From assembly GCA_040437565.1 (NCBI GenBank), contig JBDOQK010000035.1:1-64000 (forward strand): 64,000 bases of DNA, in the 5' to 3' direction. Every line of letters begins with the position of its first letter. Position 1 is the first letter of the stretch. Position numbers and translations under genes: made by a program. The notes below the pieces were generated by a model. The model searched no databases. It was not told the origin of the DNA and was given only the letters and a program-made list of their open reading frames with translations. This DNA comes from Albugo candida (lineage: Eukaryota). Below are positions 61,109 to 64,000 of the stretch, piece by piece.

Positions 61109-63999
61109 TCAATTCATTCGACCGACACAATTGGGAGCCCCGCAATCACATCGAAGCGCTTCCTCCTCAATAGGGAATTTATAGTCGTACGTGATCTCTT
61201 CTCCGGCCATAATGTGTCGTTTTGCAAAGATGAGAATTTTCTTCTTATCATTTTCCACAGTCACACTTCGAGCAAACGCTTTTGGATCGCAGGAATGATT
61301 GATGAAGCGTGCGAGATTGCCTGTTGTGGTCGCATCGATGATTGTTGTGGCATCCAAACGGAATAAATAACAGCTTCCAACGCCCATTTCTTCATACAGC
61401 GCTTCCCTCACATCCGCTACTTGCTGGGAAATCAATTCCCCTTGATACTCGACGATTGCTTGACCCTCACTGAGCGCTTCTTTCGTGAACAGACCGTACC
61501 CGTGGATCGCCGATTTGCATACTTGGAGACGATCTTCAAATGGTCGACGTCGAAGTTCGCGGTATTGCATTGCCATTGGAAGATGTTCGATATCCATCAT
61601 CACGCCAGAGCCTGAGGCTGATGCTGTTGCTTGTGGTATAGCATTCGAACTCGCTTGGATCGCGCCTGCATGGACAATGAGTTTATCTGACGCCAATGTC
61701 GTCTGTTTTGCTCCAAAAGAGCGTGAAACGTGTGCATGAGCGCCTGCGTGTTTCCCTCCAGTGACAGCTAATCCATCCGTTCGAGCAGCGCCTGTGGATG
61801 ACAATGCTCGATGCTCCAGTGAGAAAAGTGTTTGGACCATATCCATTGCGCTTTTCATTGCCGTCGATGTCGGTAACACATATGCAAATTCGTACAATTT
61901 GGAATTTACTTTGGGTGCCCAAAATCGATGACTTGGAATCGCAGTTGTCGCTGCGGATGGAAGCATTTCAATCTCACGGGCGATTTCACGTCGTCCAAAT
62001 CCGAAAAACTCGTCTCCACGCAGTCGATACGTTTTCCCAATGCGTTTGTACAGCTGTTCCACAGCATGTTGCGCGGAAAACGCCTCGATACGACAGGTGG
62101 GATCATCGGATGGTACCATTACAAACAGCGGTCGGAGGAGTGCCTGAGGCTCTTTATCGGCGTGTGGACGGATCGTGCATTCATACAGACATCGCTTGTA
62201 CGGCGTACTGCTCCAAAAGATGCGCGTGCTTCGAAATCCAAGCGGGAAAATGGATGTTTCCGAGTGGAAATTCGGATTTCCAATGACAATGTTTCCGAGT
62301 NNNNNNNNNNNNNNNNNNNNNNNNNNNNNNNNNNNNNNNNNNNNNNNNNNNNNNNNNNNNNNNNNNNNNNNNNNNNNNNNNNNNNNNNNNNNNNNNNNNN
62401 TTTGGAATTTACTTTGGGTGCCCAAAATCGATGACTTGGAATCGCAGTTGTCGCTGCGGATGGAAGCATTTCAATCTCACGGGCGATTTCACGTCGTCCA
62501 AATCCGAAAAACTCGTCTCCACGCAGTCGATACGTTTTCCCAATGCGTTTGTACAGCTGTTCCACAGCATGTTGCGCGGAAAACGCCTCGATACGACAGG
62601 TGGGATCATCGGATGGTACCATTACAAACAGCGGTCGGAGGAGTGCCTGAGGCTCTTTATCGGCGTGTGGACGGATCGTGCATTCATACAGACATCGCTT
62701 GTACGGCGTACTGCTCCAAAAGATGCGCGTGCTTCGAAATCCAAGCGGGAAAATGGATGTTTCCGAGTGGAAATTCGGATTTCCAATGACAATGTTTCCG
62801 AGTGAGTGAACAGTAAGTGTTCCAATGCGATAACAAATCGTTTGCGTGGTGTAAAGCGTTTGTAGAATCTGTTTGGAATCGATGGTCGTCGGGTACACTG
62901 CCGAATCCATTCGCACTTTACCGATCTCCGCATTTGGATCCACGCGATTGCCAACGCACGCTTCCGCATGCGTCGATTCCGGGCACCATACATTCCACGC
63001 GGAAGAGAAGACACAGCCGGCGCGTACAGCACATGGAAAATGGTACTGACGAGGACATCGGGTCGCTGCACAGACAATAGAGGCGCCAGTGTGTCCACAG
63101 ACTTGACATCGATTGTGTCGACTTTTACTTCGCGCGTGGGCACACTTTACAATGAGTCTCAGAATCGGATCGTACGAAGTTCCATGGGCCCATAACGCGC
63201 AAAACAAATGCGTCCAAAGCTCCACATCCGCGAGGTACAAAAGCCTTCCACAAGTCGATTCATCGCCGATACGCGCACACAACGCACAAGCGCGTGTTTC
63301 CACACACGACAGCGGAGCAATATGTCGTTCAGGCTCTTTGGGTACGTTTTTACGAGCAGATCGACGTGCATACTGACTTTTGATCATTTGGATATCATTT
63401 TCAAGTGATAGAGCGATTTCTTTGGAACGTAATGCGTCGAGAACGTCCGAGGAGAGGTTCCGATTCGTAGGCTTTCGATCGACTGGAATTCCGAGCACAT
63501 GTAACACCACAGGTGTGAGCGGTGGATGGCCGTACAAAAGACGCGCACACGCAATCAATGCCGCACAACTGGCAGCTTGTGAGACGATTGTGGCCATCGC
63601 ATCGGGCGGATGTGCTTGTAATCCATGCAACGAGTACACTTGCTCGTGTTTCCGCGTCTTTCGACGTTCGGAAGCACGAGGACCACGTGCGTATCGTTTG
63701 AATCGAATGTATCGACTCGCTTTGGCGTAAAGCCATTGCGGTACCCGATGAATCGCGCGTTGCGTGGTGTTCTCCAATGCGAGTTTTGTGAGACATTGCT
63801 CGCCGAGACGAAGAATGTACAGGTAGATCGCGATATGAGCCTGACAGTGTTTCCATCGACGCATACGAGCGACCTGTTCTCTGGCGTGTTTCCATTGCGT
63901 GTGGCAGGATCGACGGATTGCTTGGGTGTCTGCGACAGCAACAGAGAGTTTCCAACGCTTTCTCTGTTCCTCCAGCGAGCCATTGGGTGCATTTAAATG
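61109..63999 (-). CDS. Trithorax/MLL-like histone H3K4 methyltransferase, 3' part (ePHD, FYRN/FYRC, SET, post-SET); 5' end lies beyond the window
   Basis: CALC...WTHLFCALW...CQVC...C...YHFPCA (ePHD); IGTLTVHSLG...IFPLGFRSTRIFWS (FYRN); GDEFFGF (FYRC); GAARTDG Win-like motif; KSAIHGYGL, ARFINHSCDP, EEITYDY and CDCGAPNCVGRMN. The frame is open to the window end; 61899-62300 is duplicated across the gap. Confidence 0.93.
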
Positions 64000-64000
64000 C

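Noticed and set aside
1-64000. CRISPR arrays, rRNA genes or prokaryotic operon/defence systems
   Set aside because: No repeat-spacer arrays or rRNA-like sequence seen; the genes are eukaryotic and intron-containing.

Overview
Eukaryotic draft-assembly DNA, most consistent with an oomycete of the Albugo type: short GT-AG introns, oomycete-style Copia/Gypsy motifs and a CxxCxxxxxG 'CCG/CHxC' effector-like gene. This is inference, not a database match. The window has two parts. Bases ~1-29.3 kb are gene-sparse, with decayed transposons (Gypsy, Copia, an IS630/Tc1-like DDE element, several Mutator/MULE elements with TIRs, a tRNA-derived SINE with a 16-bp TSD), a frameshifted CCG-type effector gene and other pseudogene remnants. 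Bases ~29.3-64 kb are gene-dense: a zinc-finger/PHD/bromodomain protein, a Tubby-domain protein, a Rab5/Rab22-like GTPase, SART3/Prp24, a putative dysbindin, an S40-motif protein, an EttA-like ABC-F with organellar presequence, a secreted orphan, a 7TM-nucleotide cyclase fusion, lysyl-tRNA synthetase with a C-terminal EF1B/GST-like domain, a repeat-bearing membrane protein, an MFS sugar transporter and the 3' part of a Trithorax/MLL-like SET gene. Eleven of the 13 100-N gaps are flanked by direct duplications, which look like unmerged contig overlaps, so the apparent tandem gene copies are probably artefacts. No clearly new multi-gene system is supported. The best leads are the modular CCG effector, the catalytically incomplete 7TM-cyclase, the SINE, the LysRS fusion and the dysbindin-like gene.
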